Source: Chiloscyllium plagiosum
Lineage: Eukaryota
NCBI RefSeq assembly: GCF_004010195.1
Contig: NC_057718.1
Location: forward strand, 32,006,980 to 32,063,703
Length of the DNA stretch: 56,724 nucleotides
Direction: 5' to 3'
Shown: piece after piece, positions 36,276 to 49,279 of the stretch
Numbering within the stretch: the stretch's first letter is position 1
How the letters are laid out: the number at the start of each line of letters is the position of its first letter
Made by a program: the position numbers and the translations under genes
Notes under the pieces: model-generated
Seen by the model: only the letters and a program-made list of their open reading frames with translations
What the model was told of the DNA's origin: nothing
Database searches by the model: none

Positions 36276-39149
36276 GCATGGAAAGAAGGAGAGGTGGAGA
36301 TTGACCCTTAATAGAGGTGTGCAAAACTATGAAACTTTTCATAAGTAAGGAGATTCTTATACTACCAGAAATGTCAGCAACTACAGAACACGGATTGAAA
36401 ATAATTGACAAAAGAACTGGAGGAATTCTAAGGAAAAATAAATTAACAGCTGCTTGTTAGGATTTGGGCTGCATTGACAGAAAGGGTGGAGGAAGGAGAT
36501 TAGATAAATCCTTCAAACAGGAATATTCTTGAGCTTGGGAAAAGCAGTTTGAAAAGAGACAAGTCTCTAAGTGCCCAAGAGCTGGCACTAACACAATGGG
36601 AGGAATAGCCTTTTCCACTGCATCATTCTTTAAAGTGCCTGTGATCTTTCTGAAGTGGTGTTTGAAAAATCATTGTTTAGGTTGAGATTTAAAAAAAAGT
36701 CTTTAGTGAGACTCTGATGGACATTTATTGCCCTGCAGCTTTATCTCAGGCTGCATAAATGTTTTCAGCAGGAGATTAAAATGATAAAACAAAATGGTGG
36801 GTATGTTTATTTGTTGTATTCTACAGGACGCTTTGTTGCAAATTTGAAGCTCATAGGTTTGCGCCGGCAATTTCCTGCAAAGTGATGTTCCAATCTTTTT
36901 CTTGGTGTTGGGAAGATTTTGAACAGACATTGTGTAGTTATCCTCGCAGAAGGCAAAGGCTGAGATTGGCTGCTGACTCCCCTGGCTTTGTTCATATAGC
37001 AGCGATTGAGAAACTGGAGCAGCTTTCTGTATTGTCCTCACAAATGGAGAACAGTGTGTGTGCTACCCACAACCAAGAGAACTGAGAGAGTAGAACTAAA
37101 GTTAACTTGGTTTGAATAAGAGCAGTAGAGGAAGAGAATTTTAAAAATGCTATTAATAGAGTGATTTCTCAGTAGGCCTAATTTTCACAGCAAGCCTTTT
37201 GTTTCAAAAACAACATCATTATAAAATGGCAGACAGAGAGGCAGGTATGAAATTAAAGTTTGTTGTTCAGTTCCCTCACGAAAGTACTGATTTTTAAAAA
37301 TGTTTTCTATTTACCCTCAATGCTGAAGCAATATGGTGCAGTATGCGCATGTGCTGCTGCCAAGCTGAAGTGTTTAAAAAAAAACATGAAGTACTGATGG
37401 CTCCTGTGTCAAGAGGTCTAGACGAACAGTGGAAGAGGATGCAGTAAGCATCTGTATCTAAAAATAAAGAAATCGTGAACACAGAAGGATCTGTTTCCTG
37501 TTTGTAACAATAATTCTGAGGCTGCACAGGAGTGTGATTTTTTTTTTGAGGTTTGGACAGAGGCGGTGCTAACAGTTTGAACAATTATGATCACCTAGAG
37601 CTCTGATAAAATGCTGAAGTGAATTGCACTTTATTGGTTATGACTCTAATTGCTGGAGAACCTTTTTGGCTTTTATTGGATCAATTAAAAAAAATCTTTA
37701 TGTGAATAGTGTTCCTGCCAGTTATAAAATGTGCTCAACTTAGCCATGGATTAGTTTGAGATACGAGGTGGAATCTCAGCCACGGGCTGGAGAGCTGTCG
37801 AGAACTTTGTATCACCTCTGAGCATAATGGCCTACCCCAATGTGACCATGCAGTCATCTGGCACACCAATGGTAGGCCTTCCCAGAGATCAATGACCATA
37901 GGAGCAGTAGTTCATCCACTTATCAGAGCCAAGCAATAGAATTGAACGGCCCAGCCACTGTGGAGGTGACGTTTCCTGTCAACATCCATCTTAAGCTTGG
38001 ATTGAGGAGGAATCCAGGCATGTTTGTCAGTAGGAAGTGGTTTTGGGAGAGGGAGGGTCAGCAGTAAGAGATGGCTGTCAATGTGTCCCTACAATCCCTC
38101 AATGCTCAACCCTTTGTTCAGGTACTGAACCTTTGAACAATGCACGCCAACCCCACTCACACATACTGGGAGTCACCTGCCTGCCATAGGTTAATGCAAA
38201 ATGGTGGTGAGATGAGGCACTTTTTGTGGTCAGTAATTCCTCACTTAAGGGCCTTAATTAGCAGCAGTCTGTGAAGGTTGCCTAAGGGCCCTCTTGATCC
38301 AGACCTAACAAGTGTGGAAGGGGAAAGGTGATAGGAGCTCCACTGCTATCTTCTAATCCAAATAAATGAGCCCAACACTACACTTGCCATGAAGGCATGG
38401 CACCCATGCGAATTGATTAGGCTTTGAGGGGGACATATGCAGGGCTATTGAGCTGCTGGCGAGCTGGCTGTGAAAACAATACTCACATCTTCCTCAGATA
38501 GTGAGCTGCCAGCAGACTACACATATTGCTATTTTTGTTTGGACTTGGAAGATATGGCTGCTCAATACATGGCCCTAGTAGACCCACCAGAACCACAGGA
38601 ACCTGCAGGAAAGTAACTAGAGGAGTGGGTCATTTTGCCCCCTCATTGATCCGCTGTTCAGTGTGATCTTTGCTGCCCTGTGGCCTGACTCCGTCTGCCT
38701 GCCTTTGTCCCATACTCCTTGATACCTTTGGTCAACAGATATCTGTCAATCTTATTTTTAAATCTGACAATTCATCCACTATCTACTGCCATTTTTCACA
38801 ATGAAGTTGTAAACTTCAGCAAATCTTTAGATTTGAAAATGTTTCCCAGCTTATTTATAGTCTCTTTTCTACTGTCCTAACCTCCTCTCTCTATCCTCAG
38901 CGTGGTGAGTCCGTGGATTCTTTATTGCAGATGGCTCTTGAACCTTGGTCAAGAGGAATTCAGATATTTTTTGTGTATCATTTTAGGATTCCTGTGGATA
39001 ATTTGGCAATTTGTGTCATTTTCTGTTGAATTGTACTAGACTTTGAAATGGTCAAAATCTTTTTAGTATTTGACAAATAATGAATTTTAAGTTTTAATTT
39101 GCTTTTGAAGATTGTACTGTATTAGATGTAAAAAAGAATGTGTTACCAA

Positions 39150-39370
39150 TTTCCTTTGAGTGCTCTGGTTTCCTCTCACAGTCCAAAGACATGCAGGTTA
39201 GGAGGATTGGCTGTGCTAAATTGCCTAAGTGTTCAGACTTGTGCAGGCTTGGTGGATTGACAGGGATACAGGGATAGGGGAATAGGTCTAGGTGGGTTGC
39301 TCTTCAGAGGGTCAGTGTGGATTTGATGGGTCCAATGGCCTGCTTCCACACTGTAGGGATTCTATGATTC
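39150..39370 (+). mobile_element. HE1-type SINE, 5'-truncated
   Basis: GTGCTCTGGTTTCCTCTCACAGTCCAAAGAC...GGCCTGCTTCCACACTGTAGGGATTCTATG. Confidence 0.85.
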
Positions 39371-39819
39371 ATTGGGATTTTAGAAAAGACTTGCAATTCC
39401 TTGCATGGTGAGGTTCTGATCTCACTTTCTATGGCTGGATGCTTCTTCCAAACTGGGAGAAAAAGAAATCAAGAATTGTTCCTGTGGAGCAATTGTAGAG
39501 CAGCATTGGCAATGGCAACTACTGATGTGCTGTTGGCTGAAAATATGTTGTGGGGTTGGGGCAGAAATAACTTAAAATATTAATTCAGAAAAAAAAGAAT
39601 GGTGGGGTTGTGTGCTAGCAGAACCATTTGATATGACTTCTTAGATGAATTAAATATTTCTTTTCATGGCTCAGGTTAGTTTTATTTTTATTTGAAGATA
39701 GCTTCCCTATGTACTGACCATTGTTTCTCCTCAGGTGTTATTAGGACCATTGTATTTGCGGCTAAAGACTCTTAGGTCTCTCAATTTTTCAAGAGGAATT
39801 TACTATCCAGCCAATGGCT

Positions 39820-39915
39820 TGGTGGCATTGTCATGTTAACTAGTAATTGAGGAGTCCAGCTCATGTTCTGGGGATCTGGGTTCAAATCCCACTGCAGCAG
39901 ACAGTAGAATTTGTA
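39820..39915 (+). mobile_element. tRNA-derived SINE head (SacSINE1-like), degenerate
   Basis: GGTGGCATTG...CTAGTAAT...CTGGGGATCTGGGTTCAAATCCCAC (B box)...GAATTT. Confidence 0.5.
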
Positions 39916-39926
39916 CTCTATATTTA

Positions 39927-40206
39927 GGGGCGACATGGTGGTTCTGTGGTTAGCACTGCTGCTTCACAGAGCCAGGGATCCAGGTTTGATTCCAGCCTTG
40001 GGTGACTGTGTGGAGTTTGCACATTCTCCCTGTGTCTACGTGAGTTTCCTCCGGTTTCCTCCCACAATCCAAAGATGTGCAGGTTAGGTGAATTGGCCAT
40101 GCTAAACTGCCCATAGTGTTCAGGGATGTGTAGGCTAGGTGCATTAGTCAGGGGCACTATGGACTTGTTGGGCTGAAGGGCCTGTTTCCACACTGTAGAG
40201 ATTCTG
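39927..40206 (+). mobile_element. HE1-type SINE
   Basis: GGGGCGACATGGTGG..GTGGTTAGCACTG head, core and tail. Confidence 0.9.
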
Positions 40207-40709
40207 TGGAGTTCAATTCCTTCCTGGAATGATGCATTGGAGAAAAGGAAAGAACTTCTGTTTATATAGTACATTTCATGATGACGTACCCCAAAATGCT
40301 TCATTCCAGTGAGGTATATTTGAAGTAGGAAACAAAGCATTAATGAGCTGGTGGAGTTAAGCCGACATAGCTACACTTATTGTAACCGCTGCACCACTTT
40401 CAGTGACTGACCTACATTAGCTGGGGAACTTTTAGGATACATTTTCCGTTAAGTTGTTGGCGGCACTTTGTTTTGAAAGTAGTTCCCCTACAGTAATGTT
40501 CTCCTTCAAATAAGGTTTGTAGCAACTAGCGGGTTGTATCCGATACTGGTGAAAGTGAAAGACTACTAAATAAAATAGACTTAAATATTTTTATCTCAAC
40601 AAACTTTTATTACAGACCTCATGCAGACAAAGTTTTTTTTGGCTGTATTAAAAGTTGCGTTTTGATTGGAAGAGAATAGTTTGAGTCTTTACAGGGTGAG
40701 CTGAGATAG

Positions 40710-42030
40710 AAACATAGAATGTGAGACTAGGAGTAGGCGTTTTGGACCTCAAGCATGCTTCGCTGTTCTGTAAGGTGATGGTTGACAGTCTCAACTTCTT
40801 TTGGTTCTGCCCTCCATAACCCTTGAATGTTGTCTATCAAAAGTTGAACTCAGCCTGAGTGAATTCTTGAACTGAGCTTCCACAGATAATTCTATCGAGT
40901 TATAATCATAACAGGGAAAACATTTATCTTCATTTCCATCGTAATTCCATCCTCTAATTCTTAAACTATGATACCTCGATCTAGTTTCCTCTATGAGGAG
41001 TCACCCTCCTAATGTCCATCCTGTAAAGCTTTCTCAGAATCTAAAATGTTTCAGGAAGATCACCTCTCATTATTCTAAACTCCAATTTGTGTAGGCACAA
41101 ACTGTTCAATGTTTCTTCATCAGATAATGCTTCTATCCCAGGAATGACTCAATCCAACCTTTTGTGAATGACTCCTGAAATGATTATGTCTTTAGTCACA
41201 TAGACTAAACCTATGGAAAATGCTCCAGAAATTGTTCACCAACATGCTGTACAATGGCAGCAAAACATTCCAATCTTTATATTTTCAATCCCCTTCCAAT
41301 AAACATCAACATTCCATTTGCTTTTCTAATCACTTGTTTTATCTGTAAACTAACGTTTTATGATTTATGCATCAGGATGGGCAAATCTTTCTGTATCACC
41401 AAGTCTGCAATCTTTCTACATTTAAAAGTACACTGCTTTTCTGTTCTTCCTGCCAAGGTGAACAAGTTCACATTTTTCCACATTATACTCTGTCTTCCAA
41501 ATTTTAACCCATTTACTTTTTCTTGCCAACTCTCTACCTTCTCTTGATAGTTTATTTTCACACCTATCATGTGTCATTGGCAAGTTTAGCTAATATATAT
41601 TTAGCTTCTGGATCCAAGATATTAAGATTTCAAATACTTGATATGCCAGTGTTGATCCCTGTGGCACTTCACTAGTTACAGCTTGTTAACACAAAAATAC
41701 CCATTGCTTTCTGTGAGCGAACCAATGCTATCCCCAACACTATGAGCAGTAACATTTGATGTGGAAATTTGTTAAGTGCCTTCTGGAAGTCGATGTACAC
41801 CTTATTGACGGGTTATCCATGGAGCATGTCCTTCAAAAATTCGAATCGACAATATTGTGACTCAGTTGGGAAGAATGTGCTGATAAGCAAGCTCCACTAT
41901 TTCATTAGTGGTCACAAATGCTGTAACCTCAATCATAGATTGTAGAAATGTTTCCTCTGACAGATGTTAAGCTAACTAGCCTACAATAAACCTGCTTTAA
42001 GTCTTCATGCTTCCTTGAATAAAGGTGTTA
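40710..42030 (-). mobile_element. Old degenerate CR1 LINE (3' end through RT)
   Basis: ATAGAAACATAGAA tail at left; AGATCACCTCTCATTATTCTAAACTCCAA (minus LEFRIMRGDL); GTGTTGATCCCTGTGGCACT (minus VPQGST). Confidence 0.7.
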
Positions 42031-42251
42031 CCTTCAGATCATATGAAGTGCCTTGGGAAGTTTCACTACTCTCTATATAAATACAACTTTTAGTTTAGAT
42101 ACGATATAGCAGTTGGCAGGAAAAGTAAAGGAAGTAATTGAATGTCTGTTTTAAGATAAAGGTTTTTAGGGGGCTTTTGAAAATGTACAGCTATGTGCTT
42201 AGGTGCACAAGTTTGGGGATTGCATTTCATACTGTCACATTGATTTAAGAC

Positions 42252-42572
42252 TAGAATAACTACAGTGTGGAAGCAGACTACTCAGCCGTACCCACCCTCC
42301 AAAGAGTATCCCACCCAGATCTACCCCATCCCGCATTCTCTCCATGGCTAACCTAGCTAACCTGCACATGCCTGAGCACTATGGGCAATTTAGTATGGCC
42401 AAAACACCAAACGTGCACATCTTTGGACTGTGGGAGGAAACCAGATCAACTGGAGGCAATCCACACAGACACAGGGAGAATGTACAAACTTCACACAGAC
42501 ACTTGCCTGAGGTTGGGATCAAACCTGGGTCCCTGGTGCTGTGAGGCAGCAATGCTAACCACCGAGCCACCT
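42252..42572 (-). mobile_element. HE1-type SINE
   Basis: Core and head motifs as in the other copies. Confidence 0.88.
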
Positions 42573-42664
42573 GTGGATATTAGGAGGATGGTTCCTCATG
42601 GGGGAAACTAGATTTCGGGGTGACAGTTTAAGAATAATAGGTCTCCCTTTCATGAACAGAATAG

Positions 42665-43150
42665 ATTAGAAATTTATTGTCACATGCAATTTTACATGAA
42701 AGATACAGTGAAATGTTTTACAAGTCAGCCCGTCACACACCTACAACAATGACAGAAGTCATTCTTAATTTTAAAAAAAGTAAAATTAAGACAAGGTTCA
42801 TCACAGTTCAGTTACTGGCTCCTGGGCTTGGGGAAAGCCAATTAAGGAATAATGGCTTGAAGATGTAACTGGGATGAAACTGCCACTCTGGGACAGGACT
42901 GCCATGCTGGCTGTTGGGATGCTGGGCCAGAAACCTCAGCTGAAGAAGGCCACGACTGCCATTCCTAGATGAGACTGCCTGCTGGACTGCTGGAGTACTT
43001 GGACACTGAAGATGATGAAGATCTCCATATGGGGACAAGACGTCCACATCAGGACAAGACCACTACACTAGGGAACCACCACGCTGGGCCAAGACTACTG
43101 TCTCCTCCTTCAGGCACCTGGGCCTAGCTGCGGACCTGAAGAGACTCTGC
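42665..43150 (-). mobile_element. Unclassified non-coding retroposon-like insert
   Basis: Minus-strand 3' end TTTCACTGTATC...ATGTGACAATAAA resembles Rex1/L2-type LINE tails. The body has short internal repeats (GGACAAGAC, ACTGCC). Confidence 0.4.
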
Positions 43151-43290
43151 CAGAACTTACAGAAATGGCAACATCTCAGTGTGAGTGAGAGCCAGGATGA
43201 AAGAGATAGTGCGGATTTGTAAATGAGGAGAATCACATTTAAATCTTTGGGGCAATTTTATACACAGTGAAAAACTGCCAGTAATAAACA

Positions 43291-43617
43291 AGCTGCATGA
43301 TAGCACAGAGGTCAGCATTACTACCTCACAGCAATAGGAACCTGTGTTCAATTCCTGCCTTGAGTGTCTGTCTGTGTGGAGTTTGCACATTTCCCCTGAG
43401 TCTGCTGGTGCTCCAGCTTCCTCCCACAGCTCAAAGATGTGTAGGTTAGCTGGATTGACCATGCTAGATTGTTTGTAGTGACTGGGAAAGTGCAGGCTAG
43501 GTTGGTGTTAAGTGTGGGGTTAGAAGGATAGGATAGGGGCTGGATGGGATCCACTTTGGTGGGTTGGTACAGACTCAAAGGGTCAAATAACCTCTTTCTG
43601 CACCGCAGATATTCCAT
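43291..43617 (+). mobile_element. HE1-type SINE (diverged)
   Basis: GTTCAATTCCTGCC, TGTCTGTGTGGAGTTTGCACATT and CTCCCACAGCTCAAAGATGTG. Confidence 0.82.
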
Positions 43618-44229
43618 AAATATAAGATCTCGGCTACTTTTATTTTCTTTTTTTTTGTAAAACGTACATGCAGTAAAAAAGGACAGCCAAGTATCTTTGC
43701 GTGAAGGGCCCAAAGTTATTTTGCGCCACAATAAACAGGGACCTGCTGCTGGTTGGTAGGATCTGTATTATAGAAGAGTAAAACTTGAAATAGCGGTAGG
43801 GTTTTCTCATGAGCTTAAGCTCGCCTGGACTTTGGAAGGCCTACAAATAAAGAAGAATGATAGCAGAGTATGGAGGCAACTAAATACTAGATCTGGATTT
43901 TGGAGGCTTCGGGATTAAGACTGACAGGAGGGGCATTATTTGGGTATGATGATGCACTGATTTAAAGATTTAATGCCAGATTTTGACTCAGTTTCACATT
44001 GGACTTGGGTACTATGGGACCAACTTGAAGAAGCAGCTAGAACAAGAATTGAATCCAGGGTTAAGATTTCATTTGTTACTCAGAAAGAAAGGTACTTGTG
44101 TCCTGCCAATCTTGAGTTAGACAAATAACTTAATTTTACAGTTAGCTTAGTAAAACTATTTGAATACATGAATCGATGATGTCAGGAGATTGTAATAGTA
44201 TGGTGTGAAATATTTGTAAATGCACTTTT

Positions 44230-44527
44230 TTAGATTAGATTCCCTACAGTGTGGAAAAGGCGTTTGGTCCAACCAGTCCACACCAACCCTCTGAAGGGCA
44301 ACCCACCCAGACCCATTTCCCTCTGATTAATGCACCGAACCCTATGGGCAATTTAGCATAGCCAATTCACCTGACCTGACCTGCACATCTTTGGATTGTG
44401 GGAGGAAACCAGAGCACCCAGAGGAAACCCAGGCAGACTCGAAGAGAATGTGCAAACGCCACACAGACAGTCACCTGAGGCTGGAATTGAACCAGGGACC
44501 CTGGTGCTGTGAGCCACCGTGCTGCCC
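44230..44527 (-). mobile_element. HE1-type SINE
   Basis: TTAGATTAGATTCCCTACAGTGTGG tail, core, and a head with a small deletion. Confidence 0.9.
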
Positions 44528-45498
44528 ACCTATTTTGACCTCATTATTTCATCCTCAGGATGACAATGTTGCTGTCATCTCTAATTGTTTTGGTAAGGAG
44601 GGTGGTGATTAGACATTCCTCTTGAGCTTCTTCTAAATGAAACATAAATTACAAACAGGCAAGAACATATTAGGTGAATTGGAATAGGTTAATGTTGCTC
44701 AAGTTGGATTTCAGCCTAAGGCCAGTGTGAGGACATTCAAGTTCTATCTAAAATTGGTGGATCAGAGTCCTTTCTAGTAATGAAGAGGTGAAAGCAGTGG
44801 AGGTCCAAAGTTACTTAGAGGTCCAAGTCATTAAGCTGGCATGAACAAGTGCAAAACATAATCAGAAAGGCTCAGAGAATCTGGAAACAGGTTTAGGCCT
44901 CAACTAGATCAAGTGTTGGTCAGGTAATACTTGGAATTCAGTGCTCAGTTTGGAACACCCCACAGTATAATGTAGACATTGGCCTTGAAGAGAATGCAGT
45001 ATAAATTCACCCAAATTATACCTCAACTCCAAGGGGTAAAGCATAAAAAGATATATCACAAGCAGGGTTTCTATGCAGTACTCTTCTATTGTTATTGCTT
45101 AATGCTGTCTATTTTTTGAAGTAACCAAACATTACATACTTTGTGTCTGCACAAGCGCACTAACTTAAAGAGATGAACTTCTGCTTTGCTTGTACAGGAA
45201 CCTCTGGGTTCGAGAGAAAAAAGGTATTTCCTGGAATTTAGCTGGGTGAAGGAGTGATTTAAAAGAACTTTTCAGGTTATTAAGGGGAACAGCTGGATGA
45301 AAATAAATTATTTTCACTGGTTGAAAAGTCGACAAATCAGAGCCATATCTCTCAGTTGTGAAGTTGGGAAACTCTTCTACACATCAACAGAGGTAGAGGT
45401 TTTAAATTCTCATCCATAAGATGCTGTTGATGCTAGGTTAATTGTTCATTTTAAAGCTGAAATTGACAGATTTCTTTTGCTCAGAGAAATTAAGGATT

Positions 45499-45834
45499 CA
45501 TAGAATCCCTATAGTGTGGAGACAGGCCCTTCAGTCTGGCAAGTCCACACCTGACCTTCCAAAGAGTATACCACCCAGACCCACTCCCCTGTTACTGTAC
45601 ATTTGCCCTGACCAATGCACCCAATCCCAAACACAGTGGGCAATTTAGCACGGCCAATTCACCTAACCTGCACACCTTTGGATTGCGGGAGGAAACCAGA
45701 ACACCCAGAGGAAACCCAGGCAGACATGGGGAGATTGTGTAAACTCATACTGACAGTCGCCTGAGGCAGGAATCAAACCCTGGTGTCTGGCACTGTGAGG
45801 CAGCAGTGCTAACCACTTAGCACCATGCTGCCCC
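45499..45834 (-). mobile_element. HE1-type SINE
   Basis: CATAGAATCCCTATAGTGTGG tail, core and head. Confidence 0.9.
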
Positions 45835-45867
45835 AGATATGGGACAGTGACATGGATATGGGGAATA

Positions 45868-45996
45868 TTATAAAAGCAAAGCATGACGATGCTGGAAGTC
45901 TGAAATAAAAAACAACAGTGCTGGCAAAACTCAGCAGATGTGGCAGCATCTGTGGAGAGAGAACCCAAGTTAATATTTCATGTCCAGTATGACTCA
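45868..45996 (-). mobile_element. Degenerate single-arm Penelope-derived fragment
   Basis: GATGCTGGAAGTCTGAAATAAAAAAC..GTGCTGG..AACTCAGCAG..TGGCAGCATCTGTGGAGAGAG..GTTAATATTTCA. Confidence 0.65.
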
Positions 45997-46359
45997 AAGT
46001 TGGAATAGATGTCTCGACAGAGTTTGATCACGGATCATTCAAGATTTCACTGAATGGCAGAACAGTTGAGGGGCTGAATCATCAACTCCTGTTCTTACAT
46101 TAATATATGTTCCTTAGGCTACAGTATTCATTATGGTCTTTTACAACTGAATGGCTTATTAGGCTATTTCAGAGGGCAGTGAAAGGTAAACCACATTGAC
46201 ATAAGATTCAAAGCACATAAAGAACATTGGTGAATTGGTTTGGTTTTTCTGACAATTTAATAACTCTGTATGAATTTGTATTTCCAGAATTCTTTCATAC
46301 TAAACTCAAATTCTCAAATGAAATCTTGGACTGTAAGATTCACAGATTTTAATTTGATT

Positions 46360-46547
46360 TGTAATTCAGTTGGCTAGATGGCTGGTTTGCAATGCAGAGT
46401 GATGGTATTAACATAGGTTGAATCCCTGCACAAGCTGAGGTTATGAAGAATGACTCTCACTCCTAACCTCTCCCCTCACCTGAGGACTGGTGACCCAGTC
46501 TTTCTAATGAGAGAGCAGTCCTGTGGATCAGCAGGACTATTGTTACT
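46360..46547 (+). mobile_element. Second tRNA-derived SINE family (non-HE1), degenerate
   Basis: A-box-like TAATTCAGTTGG and B-box-like GGTTGAATCCC, with a distinct body CCTCTCCCCTCACCTGAGG...CTAATGAGAGAGCAG. Confidence 0.45.
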
Positions 46548-46887
46548 TGAGACAAAATTTACTATTAGTGCTGGCTGTCACTTAACACGCCATTATTTGT
46601 AACAGGAAAACACTCAAAGCATAAATTTGACAACCATAGCTGATGCATCAATTGTCCAATCCCTCCCTATATTTATAGTTTGTTGCCGTAGCAGCAAAGA
46701 AGTACTGGGAATAGGAGCTAATTGATAGAATAAACAAAAGGTGGGATTTCCAAAATATCAAGGACAACTGGCTATTATGAAAGCTGGTAGGAATCTTTCA
46801 ATGCATTTGAGAGTTTAGCATAAGTAGCTCTATTTTCAATATTGAAAAGCATCAGAGAAGTCAGAGAAAAAAAATTCTGACTTCATA

Positions 46888-47842
46888 TCATTTATATAAA
46901 TAATTTGGATGTGAACATAGGAGATATAGTTTGTAAGTTTACAGATGACACCAAAATTGGAGGTGTAGTGGACAGCGAAGAGGGTTACCTCAGAGTACAA
47001 CGGGATCTTGATCAGATGGGCCAATGGGCTGAGAAGTGGCAGATGGAATTTAATTTAGATAAACGTGAGGTGCTGCATTTTGGTAAAGCAAATCAGGACA
47101 GGACTTCGACACTTAATGGTAAGGTCATAGGGAGTGTTGTTGAACAAAGAGACCGTGGAGTGCAGGTTCATAATTCCTTGAAAGTGGAGTTGCAGATGGA
47201 TAGGATAGTGAAAAGAGAGTTTTGTACTTTATCCTTTATTGGTCAGAGCATTGAGTAAAGGAGGTGGGAGGTCATGTTGCAACTGTACAGGACATTAGTT
47301 AGGCTACTTTTGTAATATTGTGTACAATTCTGGTCTCCCTGCTTTAGGAAGGATGTTGTGAAACTTGAAAGGGTTCAGAAAAGATTTACAAGGATGTTGC
47401 CAGGGTTGGAGGGCTTGAGAGGCTGAATAGGCTGGGGCTGTTTTCCCTGGATTGTCAAAGGCTGAGAGGTCACCTCATCGAGGTTTATACAATCATGAGG
47501 GGCATGGATAGGGTAAATGCTGAGGTGGGGGAGTGAAGAACTAGAGGGCGTAGGTTTAGGGTGAGAGGGGAATGATTTAAAAGGGATCTAAGGGACAACT
47601 TTTTCACACAGGGGGCCGTGCATGTATGGAATGAGCTGCATGAGGAAGTGGTGGAGGCTGGTACAATTGCAACATTCAAAAGACATCTGGATGGGTATAT
47701 CAATAGGAAGGGTTTAGAGGGATATGGGCCAAGTGCTGGCAAATGGAACTAGATTGAGTTGGGATATCTGTTTGGCATGGACGAGTTGGATCAAAGGCTC
47801 TGTTTTCATGCTGTTCACCTCTAAGACTCTATGACTCTATGA
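46888..47842 (+). mobile_element. CR1 LINE subfamily B, 5'-truncated 3' end
   Basis: ORF 46905..47258 KFTDDTKIGGVVDSEEGYLRVQRDLDQMGQWAEKWQMEFNLDK; tail CTCTAAGACTCTATGACTCTATGA. Homologous to 22425-23197. Confidence 0.95.
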
Positions 47843-48242
47843 ACTAAGAACTTGTGGAATAAGCTGCCACTTGCTGCAGAGAACATGAGATCTGTTGATT
47901 CTTCTGAGTGGAAACTCAATGGATATCAGTGGAGGTTGTGAACTTGAGAGGCTTAAACTAAGACTAATTTAGAATTAGGTAAGCAAAAGCTAAAGAGCTA
48001 CAAGAGTGGAACATCAGATTTACGGTGCAGTGTCTACTCTTCGAAGCAAACAGAATTCAGCTAAACAGCCCTTGATGGGACCTGGAACAAAAATATAAAT
48101 TAGCAGTTAACGGAAACATACAAAATGAAGTGGAAACTTAAATAAAAATAATGTTGTCTGAGTTGATAAGGGATCCAAAATCACTGTGTTGCTCACCAGT
48201 CTCTATTGTGCTGGTGAACACTCCATGCTACCTCTCCACAAT

Positions 48243-48325
48243 AGACAGGCAGGAGGCTGGAAGAACACAGCAAGCCAGGCAGCATCAGGAGGTGGAGAAG
48301 TCAGCGTTTCGGGTGTGACCCTTCA
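48243..48325 (-). mobile_element. Single-arm Penelope-derived fragment truncated inside the hammerhead core
   Basis: Minus strand TGA-A-GGGT(CAC)ACCC-GAAA-CGCT. Same subfamily as 55228-55440. Confidence 0.78.
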
Positions 48326-49279
48326 CGTAACTACAAAAGAGAGGCAGATTGTCAGGTACAATATCTTCCTCTGCACCTGCTGCAACTTTGACTCGGCCTT
48401 GAAGACCCACCACCCTATCTCAACTTACTAGAAGAGATTTGTTTGAGTCTTCCTGTTAGACAAAGTTCTCTTGTCCTTTCTGTCTTTAATTGCACTTAGA
48501 ACATTGCATGATGTTTACCAAAAAGCCCAAAAGATTTGAGTAATGGAAGCAATACAGGCAGAATCCTGATTTTTCTGAGACTAAATGTGAAGAAGTGTAT
48601 AAAAGCAGGATAGACGTCCATGTCGGGCTGGGGCAGGTTCTCTCATGTGAATATGTTTTTCTCAGGTCATTGCATTTGAGGCTAAAGCACCAAGCTTAAT
48701 GGGCAGGCAGGTGGGAGCACCTGGAATGGATTTCACTCTTTGCCACCCAGGAGCATCACTCAAGCTTTTCACATCAGCTCTGCCCATCCCCAGCAGTGAC
48801 AAAGACATGGTGAAAATCAGCGCGATGGTTAAGCAGTGGCTCCCTAGAATTTCTCTTCAAACCTATCAAGGAGAGAAAGGAAGTGTTTACCTTTAGGAGT
48901 GACCGCAGTTGAGGTTTGAAAGGAACTGGTGGCTAGGAAGTTCAATGTTTCTTTGATCTTCGACTCCATCCTTTTGTATAACATTATTCCCAACATTGTT
49001 CCCATTAATTATTTCAAAGAAGAAATAATTATAAAATAAATGAAGAAGCAGTGGTACGAATCTGTACAGGTTCATCAAAAATTGGACAGATGCTCCAACT
49101 TCATTTTTTTTTAATCAGAGAAGCACAATCTGGTTGAAAAACTCTGATAATGTCTGAGAGGGTTTGTCAAACACAACAGCTCTACTTAGAGCTGGAAAAA
49201 TTAGTGAGTACAAGAATCTGATATTAATTACAGAAGGCATCAGTAGATATCAGTCAGCGTCTGACAAAGATGGAATTTA

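Larger units (their letters stand above)
44680..46110 (+). mobile_element. Old CR1 LINE 3' region with several insertions
   Basis: TTGGAATTCAGTGCTCAGTTTGG, TTCCTGGAATTTAG, CTCTTCTACACATCAACAGAGGTAGAGG, tail GAGGGGCTGAAT...CTCCTGTTCTTA. Confidence 0.6.
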
